A stretch of DNA of 64,000 bases from an uncultured Pseudomonadales bacterium (GTDB taxonomy: Bacteria; Patescibacteriota; Microgenomatia; UBA1400; UBA12108): the NCBI GenBank assembly GCA_964502225.1, contig CAZCUC010000004.1, forward strand, positions 2,641 to 66,640, read 5' to 3'. Position numbers and translations under genes: made by a program. Under the pieces are notes generated by a model, which had not been told where the DNA came from, made no database searches, and saw only the letters and a list, made by a program, of their open reading frames with translations. This document shows, piece by piece, positions 38,101-47,169 of this stretch (positions are counted from its first letter, which is position 1; each line of letters starts with the position of its first letter).

Positions 38101-38195
38101 AGCATGACGGGACCCTCGATCGTGTCGACCGCTAAGCGTTGCTCGGCGTTTAACTTCTTGTACGCTAAATCAAATTCTTTGGTGGTTTTGGTCAT
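35139..38195 (-). CDS. UvrD/REP helicase fused to a PD-(D/E)xK nuclease with four Cys (AddAB/AdnAB-like)
   Basis: AGPGTGKT, VDEYQD, HKSKGLEW, ERRLFYVAMTRA; GKLDR...VDYKTG; YC plus CENCYFKDHC. Confidence 0.9.
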   Translation of the reverse strand: MTKTTKEFDLAYKKLNAEQRLAVDTIEGPVMLVAGPGTGKTQTLALRIANIIRKTDTPASSILALTYTESGARAMKSRLTQMIGSEAYYANISTFHAFCQGVIKDNPDVFTINPASEPLSDLERLKLVRGLIDKTNLKVLRPTGAPYHYASAILSAISDLKREGVDPDEFDELLIQEDHFLKSDDVSELKKTEIAKRQRNLAKNQELNQLFRKYQVVLKEEGSFDFEDMITSVVDAFKSNDELLFSCQEKYLYILVDEYQDTNSAQNELMLLLAKYWGTEANVFVTGDPDQSIMRFQGASIENQLSFVQAYPGATVITLKQNYRSTQNILDVADSLIVNNNLRINDVVPGIDPHLISQIGAGDKIGTAQLSGNTAEAIFIAENIKQKVKTGVAPSDIAVIYHKNFEATVIADTLSKYGIDYTVQGGANVLSDPTVRNFLKILKVIYEMREKLEDEDLFTILHYDIFGINPLDVLKIAREAGSARLTLFDVLGNPDSLSTLDLSSREQIDATFTKLQNWQSLDANKTFVEFFEDVLNKSGYLNWILDEGTVYKEQVRGATHRLAKMNTLFDEVKRMNRSDHNLDLKGFIENLEIMEENHIRIEESSYGVSRDAITLTTAHKSKGLEWEHVYIYKAIDGNWGNNKKAELITLPGSLLKNVKPSDKEKNEDERRLFYVAMTRAKSNLTITRANTYSSYGKATIASPTMFLEELNGDLLTAIDVTQVEETAHKHIETILGSQAVQDTLESEKAYLQDIVDDFKLAATSLNSYLYCAYKFKLDKLLKVPHAKKAHLTFGTAIHSALEHFYLKFKEDGVPPNLEYLLSQFRSALTASVITKQDLTVYLKKGEEVLTAYFKLNEDHFSLPLATEKNLRANLGDIQLTGKLDRLEWSDQASRTVKVVDYKTGQPKTMGQIEGTTQDSDGELLRQLEFYKLLIDSDKSLNYKFGEGMLDFVEEPNLKGKSGERSFQVNDEQIEKLKKTIHFSMDSIRSLKFPRTTDLKKCENCYFKDHCYQNGLPVK

Positions 38196-38204
38196 AAAGT
38201 ATAT

Positions 38205-38230
38205 GGTTCGATGGTTCGAACCATCGAACC
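38205..38230. repeat. Perfect palindrome GGTTCGATGGTTCGAACCATCGAACC, copy 2
   Basis: 26-bp perfect inverted repeat; same element as 9488-9511. Confidence 0.85.
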
Positions 38231-38232
38231 GT

Positions 38233-39189
38233 TTAATCTTCTAATAATTTGTCGGAGGGGGTGTCGCCGGTGAGCTGGCGGGTGGAATCCAATTTTTGGC
38301 CGATTTGGTTAAACTCGGTCTGGACCTGCGAGAACTTGTTGTAGGCATTGGTTAGGTGGGAACCCAAGGTGACCATAGAGTCGCTAGTTTTGCCAAAATC
38401 TTTTTGGATCCCGCGCATGAGCTTGAAAACCTCTTTGGCTTTGGCCTCGATCTTTTTACCTTCGAATGACAAGAGAATGGTTTGGAGGGCGGCGTAAAGA
38501 GTATTGGGTGAGACAGGATAGACGCGGGACTCACGGGCAAACTCCATGAGCTCCTCTGCGCTTGCCACCTCGTAGAAAACAGACTCGGAAGGAATATACA
38601 TGAGCGCAAAGTCGAGCGTATTTTCTTCCGGCAAAATATATTTTTTGGAGATGGCAGTGACGTGGGTTTTGATATCACGAACGAATGTACGACGGAGAGA
38701 GTCGATTTCTGTTTTGTTTTGGGTGGACATCATTTTTTGGAAATTTTCCATCGGGAACTTGGAATCGATCGGGAGTAGACCCGCGTCCGTTTTAATAATC
38801 GCGTCTACAATACTACCGGACTTGAACGCGTGTTGGAGTTCGAAGGAGCTGACCGGGAACATTTGACTAATTAAATCTTTGAGCACCATCTCGCCAATGT
38901 TGCCGCGGAGCTTGGGTGATTGGAGGTAGTCCTGCAGGGATTTCATGGAGCGACTAATCTCGGAGAAGGCGCCGGCCTCACGCTTCAAATCCCCAATGAC
39001 TTCGGTCGCACGAATGAGACGATCATTAATGTCCTTGGTGTTGCTGGCCAGGCTCGAATTGATAGTGTCTTTGGTCAAATCCACGGAACTTTTGAGTGAT
39101 TTCAAATCATCTTTGAAGAATTTGAGCACCAAGAGCATGAATCCGAGTAAGAAAAAAACAATAATGAGGGTTAAAGTAGTGACTTCCAT
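38233..39189 (-). CDS. rmuC: DNA recombination protein RmuC
   Basis: N-terminal TM, KLRGNIGE, PIDSKFP, DFALMYIPSE, VSPNTL. Confidence 0.92.
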   Translation of the reverse strand: MEVTTLTLIIVFFLLGFMLLVLKFFKDDLKSLKSSVDLTKDTINSSLASNTKDINDRLIRATEVIGDLKREAGAFSEISRSMKSLQDYLQSPKLRGNIGEMVLKDLISQMFPVSSFELQHAFKSGSIVDAIIKTDAGLLPIDSKFPMENFQKMMSTQNKTEIDSLRRTFVRDIKTHVTAISKKYILPEENTLDFALMYIPSESVFYEVASAEELMEFARESRVYPVSPNTLYAALQTILLSFEGKKIEAKAKEVFKLMRGIQKDFGKTSDSMVTLGSHLTNAYNKFSQVQTEFNQIGQKLDSTRQLTGDTPSDKLLED

Positions 39190-39209
39190 ACTGCTATTAT
39201 AGTCATAAT

Positions 39210-39575
39210 ATGAAGTGGATACCAAAATTGATGAGCTTGACAGTTCTCTGGGGTAGTCTAGTCGTTGTGATTGTTTATGTAGATCCTTTACTACTAAAGG
39301 ATTTTTTTATCCCAAATTCGTATTCCTCATTTTTTGTTCTTCTAGAGATAGTTATTTGGTACACCTTGGCATTAATCTTCAAATCTCCCCTGAAAAGTTT
39401 ATTGGTATCGTCTACGATCGTCTTGGGTATTGGACTCACGGTGGCGAGATTGATGCATGCTGGACTGATAATAGTATTGCTCTTGACTTTATGTATTGAA
39501 AGTTGGTATATCTATCGTAGCCATGAAAAAATCAAACAATCCAATGAATCAAAAGATAGAGAGCCAGGTGTATAA
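39210..39575 (+). CDS. Small multi-TM membrane protein
   Basis: About four hydrophobic segments; divergent from rmuC. Confidence 0.65.
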   Translation: MKWIPKLMSLTVLWGSLVVVIVYVDPLLLKDFFIPNSYSSFFVLLEIVIWYTLALIFKSPLKSLLVSSTIVLGIGLTVARLMHAGLIIVLLLTLCIESWYIYRSHEKIKQSNESKDREPGV

Positions 39576-39885
39576 GATCCTGTACCAAGTGATTGCTGAT
39601 GCCAAAAACGAGATTGACGTCGAAATAACCCTCAAAGCCCTGATGAGTGAGAACGAGCTATCGGCGATTGCCAAGCGACTGGCGATTGCGGTGTTTTTGG
39701 ATAAGCGACAATCATATGACCATATCAAGGATGTACTTAAAGTTTCGACTGCTACGATTGCCTCGGTAGCTGAAAATATGAATAACCGCGGCATCCAGCA
39801 GGCTCTGACTAGGGTAAAGGCTGAGGAATGGGCGGATGTATGGAGTATCCGTCTCTCCCGCGCCCTCGAGAAATTGATGAAATGA
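39523..39885 (+). CDS. TrpR/YerC-family HTH protein
   Basis: LMSENE...IAKRL...SYDHI...VSTATIASV. Confidence 0.8.
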   Translation: MKKSNNPMNQKIESQVYKILYQVIADAKNEIDVEITLKALMSENELSAIAKRLAIAVFLDKRQSYDHIKDVLKVSTATIASVAENMNNRGIQQALTRVKAEEWADVWSIRLSRALEKLMK

Positions 39886-39963
39886 CCTGGTATCCTCCTT
39901 CGCCGAGCTTCGGAAGGATTGCACATATTTTGATAATTGCCTGGTAGCGTTTATACTTAGCAC

Positions 39964-41424
39964 ATGGCTAAAAGCTTTTATTTAACGACTACCCTGCCTT
40001 ACGTCAATTCCAAACCCCACATCGGGTTCGCCCTGGAAATTATTCAAGCCGATGCGATTGCTCGCTACCACCAAAGTCTTGGCGAAGAGATCTTCTTTAA
40101 CACAGGAACGGATGAGCACGGTAAAAAGATTTATGAAAAAGCAATTGAGGAAGGTAAAGACCCGCAAGCTTATACTGATGAATATGCCGCTAAATTTGAT
40201 GCGCTTAAATCTTCGCTTAATCTAAGTTACAACCATTTCATCCGTACTACTAATCCACACCACAAGCAGGCGGCTCAAGAACTGTGGAAACGATGCGAAC
40301 AAAATGGATATATTGAAAAAGCAGTGTATGAGGCCAAATACTGTGTAGGGTGCGAACTAGAGAAAACTGACTCAGACTTGGTGGAGGGCAAGTGTCCCCT
40401 GCATCCCAACAAAGAGATTGAATTGATTAAAGAGGAGAACTATTTCTTCAAATTTTCTGACCCAAGGGTTCAAAAAGCGCTCCTTGCCCATATGGACAAA
40501 TACAGCGACTTTGTGGTGCCGGCACATAGGCAAAAGGAGATTCGCAACTTTGTGGAGGGAGGACTGCAAGACTTCTCCATTTCGCGCCTCAAAGAAAAAA
40601 TGCCATGGGGAGTAGAAGTTCCCGGTGACCCTGATCACGTGATGTATGTGTGGTTTGATGCGCTCACCAACTATATAAGTACGATTGGCTGGCCCTCCTC
40701 CGCTGAAGCTTCGGCGGGCAGGCCCTCTGAATTTGAGAAGTATTGGGGAACAAAGGAACAACCTCAAGCCGTGCAAATTGCCGGCAAAGACAACCTGCGC
40801 CAGCAATCGTCTATGTGGCAAGCCATGCTTTTTGCGGGTGATCTGCCACTGACCAGACAAATCCTGATCCACGGATTTATTACGTCGGGTGGACAGAAAA
40901 TGAGCAAGTCACTGGGTAACGTAATTGACCCACTGGAATACAGCGAGAAGTATGGGGTGGATGCATTGCGCTATTACTTACTAGCCAAAGTGAGTCCGTT
41001 TGAAGACAGTGATTTTACTAAGGAGAAGTTTGAGGAAGTCTATAAATCTGATTTGCAGAACGGGCTAGGTAACCTCGTCGCTCGCGTGGCGGCGATGGCG
41101 GAAAAATCAGACTTAAGATTTAAGATTTTAGATTTAAGAATGAGCACTGAGATCACAGATGCGCTGGGTGAATACAAGTTTGATACTGCGATGGCGAGTA
41201 TTTGGGACAAAATAAAAAAGGCTGATCAATTCGTGTCAGAAAAACGAGTTTGGACTTTAAGTGGCGGTGAACTAGAATCTGCATTACAGAGACTAGTAAA
41301 TGACATTGGACAAATCGCAATTGATCTGACACCGTTTATGCCAGAGACCGCGAAAAAAATTGCTATGCAGTATAACCAAGAAAAAATATCTAAGAGCGAA
41401 CCAATGTTTCCGCGCCTCGCTTAA
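39964..41424 (+). CDS. metG: Methionyl-tRNA synthetase, short form
   Basis: YLTTTLPYVN..PHIG, TGTDEHG, YVWFDAL, KMSKS. Confidence 0.97.
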   Translation: MAKSFYLTTTLPYVNSKPHIGFALEIIQADAIARYHQSLGEEIFFNTGTDEHGKKIYEKAIEEGKDPQAYTDEYAAKFDALKSSLNLSYNHFIRTTNPHHKQAAQELWKRCEQNGYIEKAVYEAKYCVGCELEKTDSDLVEGKCPLHPNKEIELIKEENYFFKFSDPRVQKALLAHMDKYSDFVVPAHRQKEIRNFVEGGLQDFSISRLKEKMPWGVEVPGDPDHVMYVWFDALTNYISTIGWPSSAEASAGRPSEFEKYWGTKEQPQAVQIAGKDNLRQQSSMWQAMLFAGDLPLTRQILIHGFITSGGQKMSKSLGNVIDPLEYSEKYGVDALRYYLLAKVSPFEDSDFTKEKFEEVYKSDLQNGLGNLVARVAAMAEKSDLRFKILDLRMSTEITDALGEYKFDTAMASIWDKIKKADQFVSEKRVWTLSGGELESALQRLVNDIGQIAIDLTPFMPETAKKIAMQYNQEKISKSEPMFPRLA

Positions 41425-41425
41425 T

Positions 41426-41968
41426 ATGAATTACCGCGACCAATCATTTAGTGCGGATGAATTAAAGGGAGAACAATTCGATAATTGTACCTTTAGTAAC
41501 TGCAAATTCTTTAAAGCCAATCTCAAATTTAGTTCGTTTGTGAAATGTGAGTTTAATTCATGCGATTTCACTGGTGTCATCCTTGAATCTACTTCGTTTG
41601 AGAAATGCATTTTCCCGGGATCAAAACTGAGCAACAATGATTTTGTCTCGACCATTTTTATCGAGTGTAACTTTGGTGAATGTGTGATGGACAATACCAT
41701 CTTCCATACTGGCAAACTAAAGAAGTGTATTTTTGCAAAATCGTCGCTGGTTGGATCGGTGTTTGAAAAATGTGATGTCAGCGAGTTTAATTTTAACGGA
41801 GCAAAACTAAGCAGAGCACTCTTTGATACCTGTAAAATGAAAAAGACTACCCTGCTCGAAGCGGATCTCGAAGGTACGAGCTTCCTTGGCTCCATGATCG
41901 ACCAAACAGAGCTGGACATGCAAGGATTTGTGCAATACGGACAAGGACAAGGATTTAAACTATGTTGA
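41426..41968 (+). CDS. Pentapeptide repeat protein
   Basis: Five-residue periodic F/L (CTFSN CKFFK ANLKF SSFVK CEFNS CDFTG); ATG 41426. Confidence 0.88.
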   Translation: MNYRDQSFSADELKGEQFDNCTFSNCKFFKANLKFSSFVKCEFNSCDFTGVILESTSFEKCIFPGSKLSNNDFVSTIFIECNFGECVMDNTIFHTGKLKKCIFAKSSLVGSVFEKCDVSEFNFNGAKLSRALFDTCKMKKTTLLEADLEGTSFLGSMIDQTELDMQGFVQYGQGQGFKLC

Positions 41969-42723
41969 TCGACACACACGCGCATTTGTGGTGGGACAGC
42001 TATAAAGATGACCTAGATCAGGTTTTGGCGCGCGCGAAAGAGGCCAGGGTAGAGAAAATTATTGCCCCCGGGACAGACATGGAGAGCAGTAGAAAGGCAG
42101 TGGAGCTGGCCAGGAAGTACCCTGGAGTGATTTATGCCAGCGTGGGGGTACACCCGGAGGAGGTAGGCAAGATTGATTTAAGATTTATGATTCAAGATTT
42201 AAGAAAAATGGTGACCGAGCATAAGGGTGTCGTTGTCGCCACTGGAGAGATTGGGACTGATGCGAGTACTGAAGAATTAAAAAACTGCATGAGTCAGCAA
42301 AAAGAATTGTTTAGAGAGCAGTGCTTGCTGGCACTAGAATTCGAGTTGCCGGTAATTATTCACACTAGAGAGAGCCTGAATGAGGCGCTAGAAGTACTCG
42401 ACTCGCTACCCAACATGCCTCGGGGTCAGTTCCATTGCTTCTCTCATGATGAGGCGGGGTTAAAGGAGGTTTTAGCGCGAGGATTTTACGTGAGTTTTTG
42501 TGGCAATATAACCTGGAGTAAGCGGGTAGCCAAGCTCGTTACTCTTGTGCCAGATGGCCGACTGCTCCTGGAAACGGACTCGCCATTTATGTGGGCTGGG
42601 GCAAGGAATGAGCCGACAAATGTGGCAATCCTGGCAGAAAAGATTGCGGAACTTAGAGGAATAAGTGATAGAGAAATCGAAGAGATAACAACGAAGAACG
42701 CAAACACGTTATACAAGTTATAA
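41962..42723 (+). CDS. tatD: TatD-family DNase
   Basis: IDTHAHL, GVHP, GEIG, IIHTR, HCFS, ETDSP. Confidence 0.94.
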   Translation: MLIDTHAHLWWDSYKDDLDQVLARAKEARVEKIIAPGTDMESSRKAVELARKYPGVIYASVGVHPEEVGKIDLRFMIQDLRKMVTEHKGVVVATGEIGTDASTEELKNCMSQQKELFREQCLLALEFELPVIIHTRESLNEALEVLDSLPNMPRGQFHCFSHDEAGLKEVLARGFYVSFCGNITWSKRVAKLVTLVPDGRLLLETDSPFMWAGARNEPTNVAILAEKIAELRGISDREIEEITTKNANTLYKL

Positions 42724-42731
42724 TAGTTCCA

Positions 42732-44246
42732 ATGAAAAATTTGCGAAAATGGATGCATAGACACCCTCTCCGGACTAAAAGGTTCTTGGAGATACTCCCT
42801 GGGACGGTCTCTTGGTTTCTGATTTTGTTCCCCGTCTGGGGATCGTTTGTAATCCCAAACGTTGTCGCCTACTACATCATCGCCTTTTCGGTGTACTGGT
42901 TTTATCGATCGATGACGACAGCGGCGACGGCAATCCTTGGCTATTTCAAGATGAAGTCGTTCCAGCTATATGACTGGATGGGTGACGTGGCTAACTTTTC
43001 TGATTGGAAGAAAATCCATCATATAATTATCATTCCGACCTATAAAGAGCCCGTTTCTACCCTAGAGAGAACGCTAGATAAGTTGGGTGAGCAGACATAT
43101 CCAACTGACCATTTACATATCATGCTGGCATTTGAAGATCGAGAGGGAGATGAGGCAAGACAAAAAGCCAAAACTCTGATCGCGAAGTATAAAACTCGAT
43201 TTGGGCATTTATGGGCTACTTACCACCCGGATTTGCCTGGTGAGGTCAAAGGGAAGTCTTCAAATACTTCTTGGGCGGCGAAAGAAGCTAAGCGAATATT
43301 AATCGATGAAGAAAAAATGAATATTGACTACGTAACTATCACTAGTGAGGACGCCGATGCACTCCTACCACCACAATATTTTGCTTGCTTAACATACCAT
43401 TTTTTGGATTCTCCAACGCGATACACGACAATCTGGCAAGGCATTTTGCAGTTTTACAACAATATCTGGAAAGTTCCCTTGTTTGTGAGAGTCTTTTCTT
43501 CGTCTGCTTCGGTGATGTTGCTATCGACCGTAACCAGGAAGGACAGGTTAATTAATTTTTCTACTTATACTGCGAGTTTGAAAATGATTGATTCTATTGG
43601 ATATTGGGATACTGATGTGATCCCTGAAGATTGGCGACTGTTCTTCAAGGCCTTTTTTGCACTCCAAGGTAAAGTAAGTGTAGAACCACTGTTCCTCCCG
43701 ATTATGGCGGATGCGGCGGAGGCTGAGGGTACCTGGAAAACTTATTCCAACCAGTATGAGCAAGTGAAGCGGTGGGCATGGGGAGTATCTGACACTCCTT
43801 ACGTGGTATCACGCTGGGTGATGGCCGAGGATGTACCATTCTGGGAGAAGACGATAAGAGTCATCCGGGTATTAGAAGACCATTTCCTCTGGCCAGTGAA
43901 CTGGTTCGCGATCACGATCGGGGCGCTCCTACCCCCTTTCCTCAACAAAGAGTTTTCGCGGACTATTATCGGCAAAACACTACCTCAAGTCACTTCTGGG
44001 ATTTTGACTCTGTGTTTACTAGCCTTACTGGTGATGATAGTGCTCAACTTTAAACTACGACCAAGAAAAGAAGGGGCAAGTAAGTTCTCGTTGTTTAGAG
44101 TGATTTTTGAGTCACTGGAGTTTGTGACTCTCCCAGTTGTTGGCTTCTTCTTTACTGCTCTCCCGGGAATTGACGCTCATACCAGGCTAATGTTGGGTAA
44201 ATATATTGAGTATAAAGTGACTGAAAAAGTCGCCCCTAAGGAGTAG
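42732..44246 (+). CDS. Membrane-embedded GT2 glycosyltransferase
   Basis: IIPTYKE, GKSSN, DAD, PED and QVKRW (QxxRW) processive GT2 motifs; flanking TMs. Confidence 0.88.
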   Translation: MKNLRKWMHRHPLRTKRFLEILPGTVSWFLILFPVWGSFVIPNVVAYYIIAFSVYWFYRSMTTAATAILGYFKMKSFQLYDWMGDVANFSDWKKIHHIIIIPTYKEPVSTLERTLDKLGEQTYPTDHLHIMLAFEDREGDEARQKAKTLIAKYKTRFGHLWATYHPDLPGEVKGKSSNTSWAAKEAKRILIDEEKMNIDYVTITSEDADALLPPQYFACLTYHFLDSPTRYTTIWQGILQFYNNIWKVPLFVRVFSSSASVMLLSTVTRKDRLINFSTYTASLKMIDSIGYWDTDVIPEDWRLFFKAFFALQGKVSVEPLFLPIMADAAEAEGTWKTYSNQYEQVKRWAWGVSDTPYVVSRWVMAEDVPFWEKTIRVIRVLEDHFLWPVNWFAITIGALLPPFLNKEFSRTIIGKTLPQVTSGILTLCLLALLVMIVLNFKLRPRKEGASKFSLFRVIFESLEFVTLPVVGFFFTALPGIDAHTRLMLGKYIEYKVTEKVAPKE

Positions 44247-44255
44247 AATGTTTAT

Positions 44256-45749
44256 ATGAGTAAGTGGTGGAAGAACATGCATGCTTGGTGTAATAAGTAT
44301 GAGTGGATGATTTTTTTGGTGATCCTCGTACTAGTGCTTAGATTGCCGAGCTTTGTGATGCCACATCATTACGGGGATGAAGAGATTTACTTTGTGATGG
44401 GGAGAGCCTGGAGTGAAGGTGTCCCTCTTTATCAAGCCATGTTTGACCACAAACCCCCGCTCATCTATATTATGGCGGGATTAGCTCCGACAATGTTTGC
44501 GTTTCGGGGATTGCTGGCTATCGTAATGGTGATCCATACCTTGTTTTTTGCCAAACTAGCTGAGTACTTTTGGCAAAAAACTCGCCCGACCCTGCAGTAT
44601 CTGAGCACGATAGCATTTGTGCTCTTGACCAGCCTCCCGACGCTCGAAGGACTGACAGTAAACGCCGAGTTGCTCATGATGGCGCCGGTTACGGTTGCGG
44701 TAGTTTTACTGTGGAAAGCAAAGGAGGGTGAGTGGCAAAAATTTGCTTTGGCTGGGCTACTGGGTGGAATAGGCTGGCTATTTAAAATACCCGTCATCGC
44801 CGACATGGTGGCGATCGGTTTATATTTCTTTGTGTATAAAAAGAAAACTGTAAGTGAAGGTGTGAGGGCGATATTTTCTAAAGCTTTTTTGGCCTACGCC
44901 ATAGCATTTGTGACCCCTTTACTGGCTACGTTTGTTTACTACTACCTCAAAGGAACCGGACCAGATTACTTGGCGACAGTGCTGACCGTAAACTTGGGAT
45001 ATGTTTCCTCGTGGTCAACTAGTTCTTATACATTTAACCCGTTCCGGAGTGGGCTGGTAGTCAGAGGAAGTGTGCTCGCGGGATATGCACTGATGTTGTA
45101 CCTGATGCGCAAATATTTGGATAAAAATTTAGTTTTTGCGGCGCTATGGTTGGGATTCTCGTTGTTTGGAGCACTACTTTCTGCGAGACCATATCCACAT
45201 TATCTACAAGAACTGATGGCACCCCTGGCATTACTGATACCCTTTGTTTTTGTGGCTGAGAATGTTTTGACTTGGATTTGGATTGCAGTGATAGTGGGGA
45301 TTGGAATACTTGTTCAGCGACAAATCAAGTTTTGGGCATATGAGACAGTGAGTGTGTACAAAAACTACTACGAGTACGTGAGTAAAAAAATTAAGTGGAA
45401 TGAGTATTTGGGACGCTTTGATAATGCCAAGCGTAATTATGAGATTGCAAAGTACCTGAATGAAAGAATGTCGGATAGTGATCAAATATATATCTGGGGA
45501 ACAGACCCAACAATCTACAATCTAACCGGAAGACTACCCACAGGTGGCAAGTATATTGTGAGTTTTCATGTACGTGACCTGAATAAGTATGATTATGTAA
45601 TGGAAAACTTAGAAATAAGTAAACCAAAATATATTGTGATCCTACCTGGGTCAGGTGAGTTTAATGAGTTGGCATCTAAAATATCACAACAGTACGTGCT
45701 GGCAAAAACCACAGACGGGGCAGAAATTTATATTTTGTTAGATAAATAG
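44256..45749 (+). CDS. GT-C (ArnT/PMT_2-like) glycosyltransferase
   Basis: GDEEIY, FDHKPP, many TMs, YPHY. Confidence 0.82.
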   Translation: MSKWWKNMHAWCNKYEWMIFLVILVLVLRLPSFVMPHHYGDEEIYFVMGRAWSEGVPLYQAMFDHKPPLIYIMAGLAPTMFAFRGLLAIVMVIHTLFFAKLAEYFWQKTRPTLQYLSTIAFVLLTSLPTLEGLTVNAELLMMAPVTVAVVLLWKAKEGEWQKFALAGLLGGIGWLFKIPVIADMVAIGLYFFVYKKKTVSEGVRAIFSKAFLAYAIAFVTPLLATFVYYYLKGTGPDYLATVLTVNLGYVSSWSTSSYTFNPFRSGLVVRGSVLAGYALMLYLMRKYLDKNLVFAALWLGFSLFGALLSARPYPHYLQELMAPLALLIPFVFVAENVLTWIWIAVIVGIGILVQRQIKFWAYETVSVYKNYYEYVSKKIKWNEYLGRFDNAKRNYEIAKYLNERMSDSDQIYIWGTDPTIYNLTGRLPTGGKYIVSFHVRDLNKYDYVMENLEISKPKYIVILPGSGEFNELASKISQQYVLAKTTDGAEIYILLDK

Positions 45750-45751
45750 TC

Positions 45752-46135
45752 ATGAGTAAGAACACCAAGACCTTTAATATCAAAGAAACCGCGGAGACAC
45801 TAGTACCTGACAAGCTCGGAAGAACTAGTTACCTGATAGGCCTAATCATAACTATGGTGATGATTGCGGTAATCGCCGTTTTGTATAACAGATTGCCCAG
45901 ATCTATCCCCCTCTACTACTCCCTGCCATGGGGAGAGTCGAGGGTTGCGCCAAGAATTATGATTTATCTTCTACCGCTCTCAGCGATGGGTTTTTTTGTT
46001 CTTAACTTGGTGCTTGGACTAATTGAGAGTAAACTTTCACCCCTGTTACCTAGGGTACTGGCGGTTGCGACAGCGGTGATGGCTTCGATGTGTCTGATGG
46101 CTCTGTTGTTTATTATCCAATCAATTACTTTATGA
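45752..46135 (+). CDS. DUF1648-like 3-TM protein
   Basis: LPRSIPLYYS..WG motif between TM helices. Confidence 0.7.
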   Translation: MSKNTKTFNIKETAETLVPDKLGRTSYLIGLIITMVMIAVIAVLYNRLPRSIPLYYSLPWGESRVAPRIMIYLLPLSAMGFFVLNLVLGLIESKLSPLLPRVLAVATAVMASMCLMALLFIIQSITL

Positions 46136-47169
46136 TTGCGACACTGGTAGTGGTCCCGTTTGTACTGAGCTTGATAGCTTCGGTGGCGATAACTTATATA
46201 ACGATTTTGGTTTACCGAGGACTTGGACTACTAGATAAATCGACGAAAAATGAACATGCCAAACATATCCACTCGACGCCAGTACCACGAGGTGGCGGAA
46301 TACCCATCTTTGTAGCGATGCTGTTTAGCGTATTGTTGTATGGAAAGATTGATACTCAAATCGCGGGGATATTTGTAGGAGGGTTAATCATCGCCGTAAC
46401 TGGGATAGTAGATGACATTTTTGACATTTCCCCTTATCTACGACTGATCATTGGAGTGATAGCGGCGGGGATTGTAGCGCTAAGCGGAACGATGATTGCG
46501 TATATTAGCAATCCAGTGGGAATGGGCGTGATTCAGTTTAATCTTACCTGGTTGACCAGTGCTATTACGATTTTGTGGGTCGTATGGGCAATGAATTTTG
46601 TGAATATGGGAGCCAAAGGATTGGATGGTCAACTGCCGGGAGTGACAACGATCGCGGCGATAGTGATGGGGATATTGTCTCTGCGGTTTGTGGGCGACCC
46701 CACCGCTTGGCCAAGCGCCTATATGTCTTTTGCCTTGGCAGGAGCATATGCAGGCCTACTGAGCTTTAATATTTATCCACAAAAAATTATGCCAGGCTGG
46801 GGTGGAGGAGCACTGGCGGGGTATTTTTTGGCGGTTTTATCCATTCTCTCGGGAGCAAAAGTAGCGACAGCACTGATTGTGCTTGGAGTACCCCTCATGG
46901 ATGTTGTTTATGTCATAGGAAGACGAATAGCGGAGGGGAAGTCGCCCGTGTGGGGAGATACGAACCACCTACATCACCAACTGCTCAAGCTCGGATGGAG
47001 CAAGAGACAAGTGGCAATGTTTTACTGGTTAGTGACGGCGCTCCTCGGATCGATAGCCTTACAATTGAATAGCCAAATGAAAGTCTATACAATCTTGTTA
47101 ATCGCAATTAGTGTAGGAGGGATACTGCTGTGGATAAACTTGTTCTTGTCTTCAAATCGATCAGAGTAG
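46132..47169 (+). CDS. WecA/TagO/MraY-family polyprenyl-phosphate sugar-1-phosphate transferase
   Basis: PVPRGGG, GIVDD, GLDG, DTNHLHH; some catalytic motifs altered. Confidence 0.88.
   Translation: MIATLVVVPFVLSLIASVAITYITILVYRGLGLLDKSTKNEHAKHIHSTPVPRGGGIPIFVAMLFSVLLYGKIDTQIAGIFVGGLIIAVTGIVDDIFDISPYLRLIIGVIAAGIVALSGTMIAYISNPVGMGVIQFNLTWLTSAITILWVVWAMNFVNMGAKGLDGQLPGVTTIAAIVMGILSLRFVGDPTAWPSAYMSFALAGAYAGLLSFNIYPQKIMPGWGGGALAGYFLAVLSILSGAKVATALIVLGVPLMDVVYVIGRRIAEGKSPVWGDTNHLHHQLLKLGWSKRQVAMFYWLVTALLGSIALQLNSQMKVYTILLIAISVGGILLWINLFLSSNRSE

Noticed and set aside
41426-41968. Qnr/MfpA quinolone-resistance gene
   Set aside because: Pentapeptide periodicity alone does not assign this function; no Qnr-specific loops recognised.
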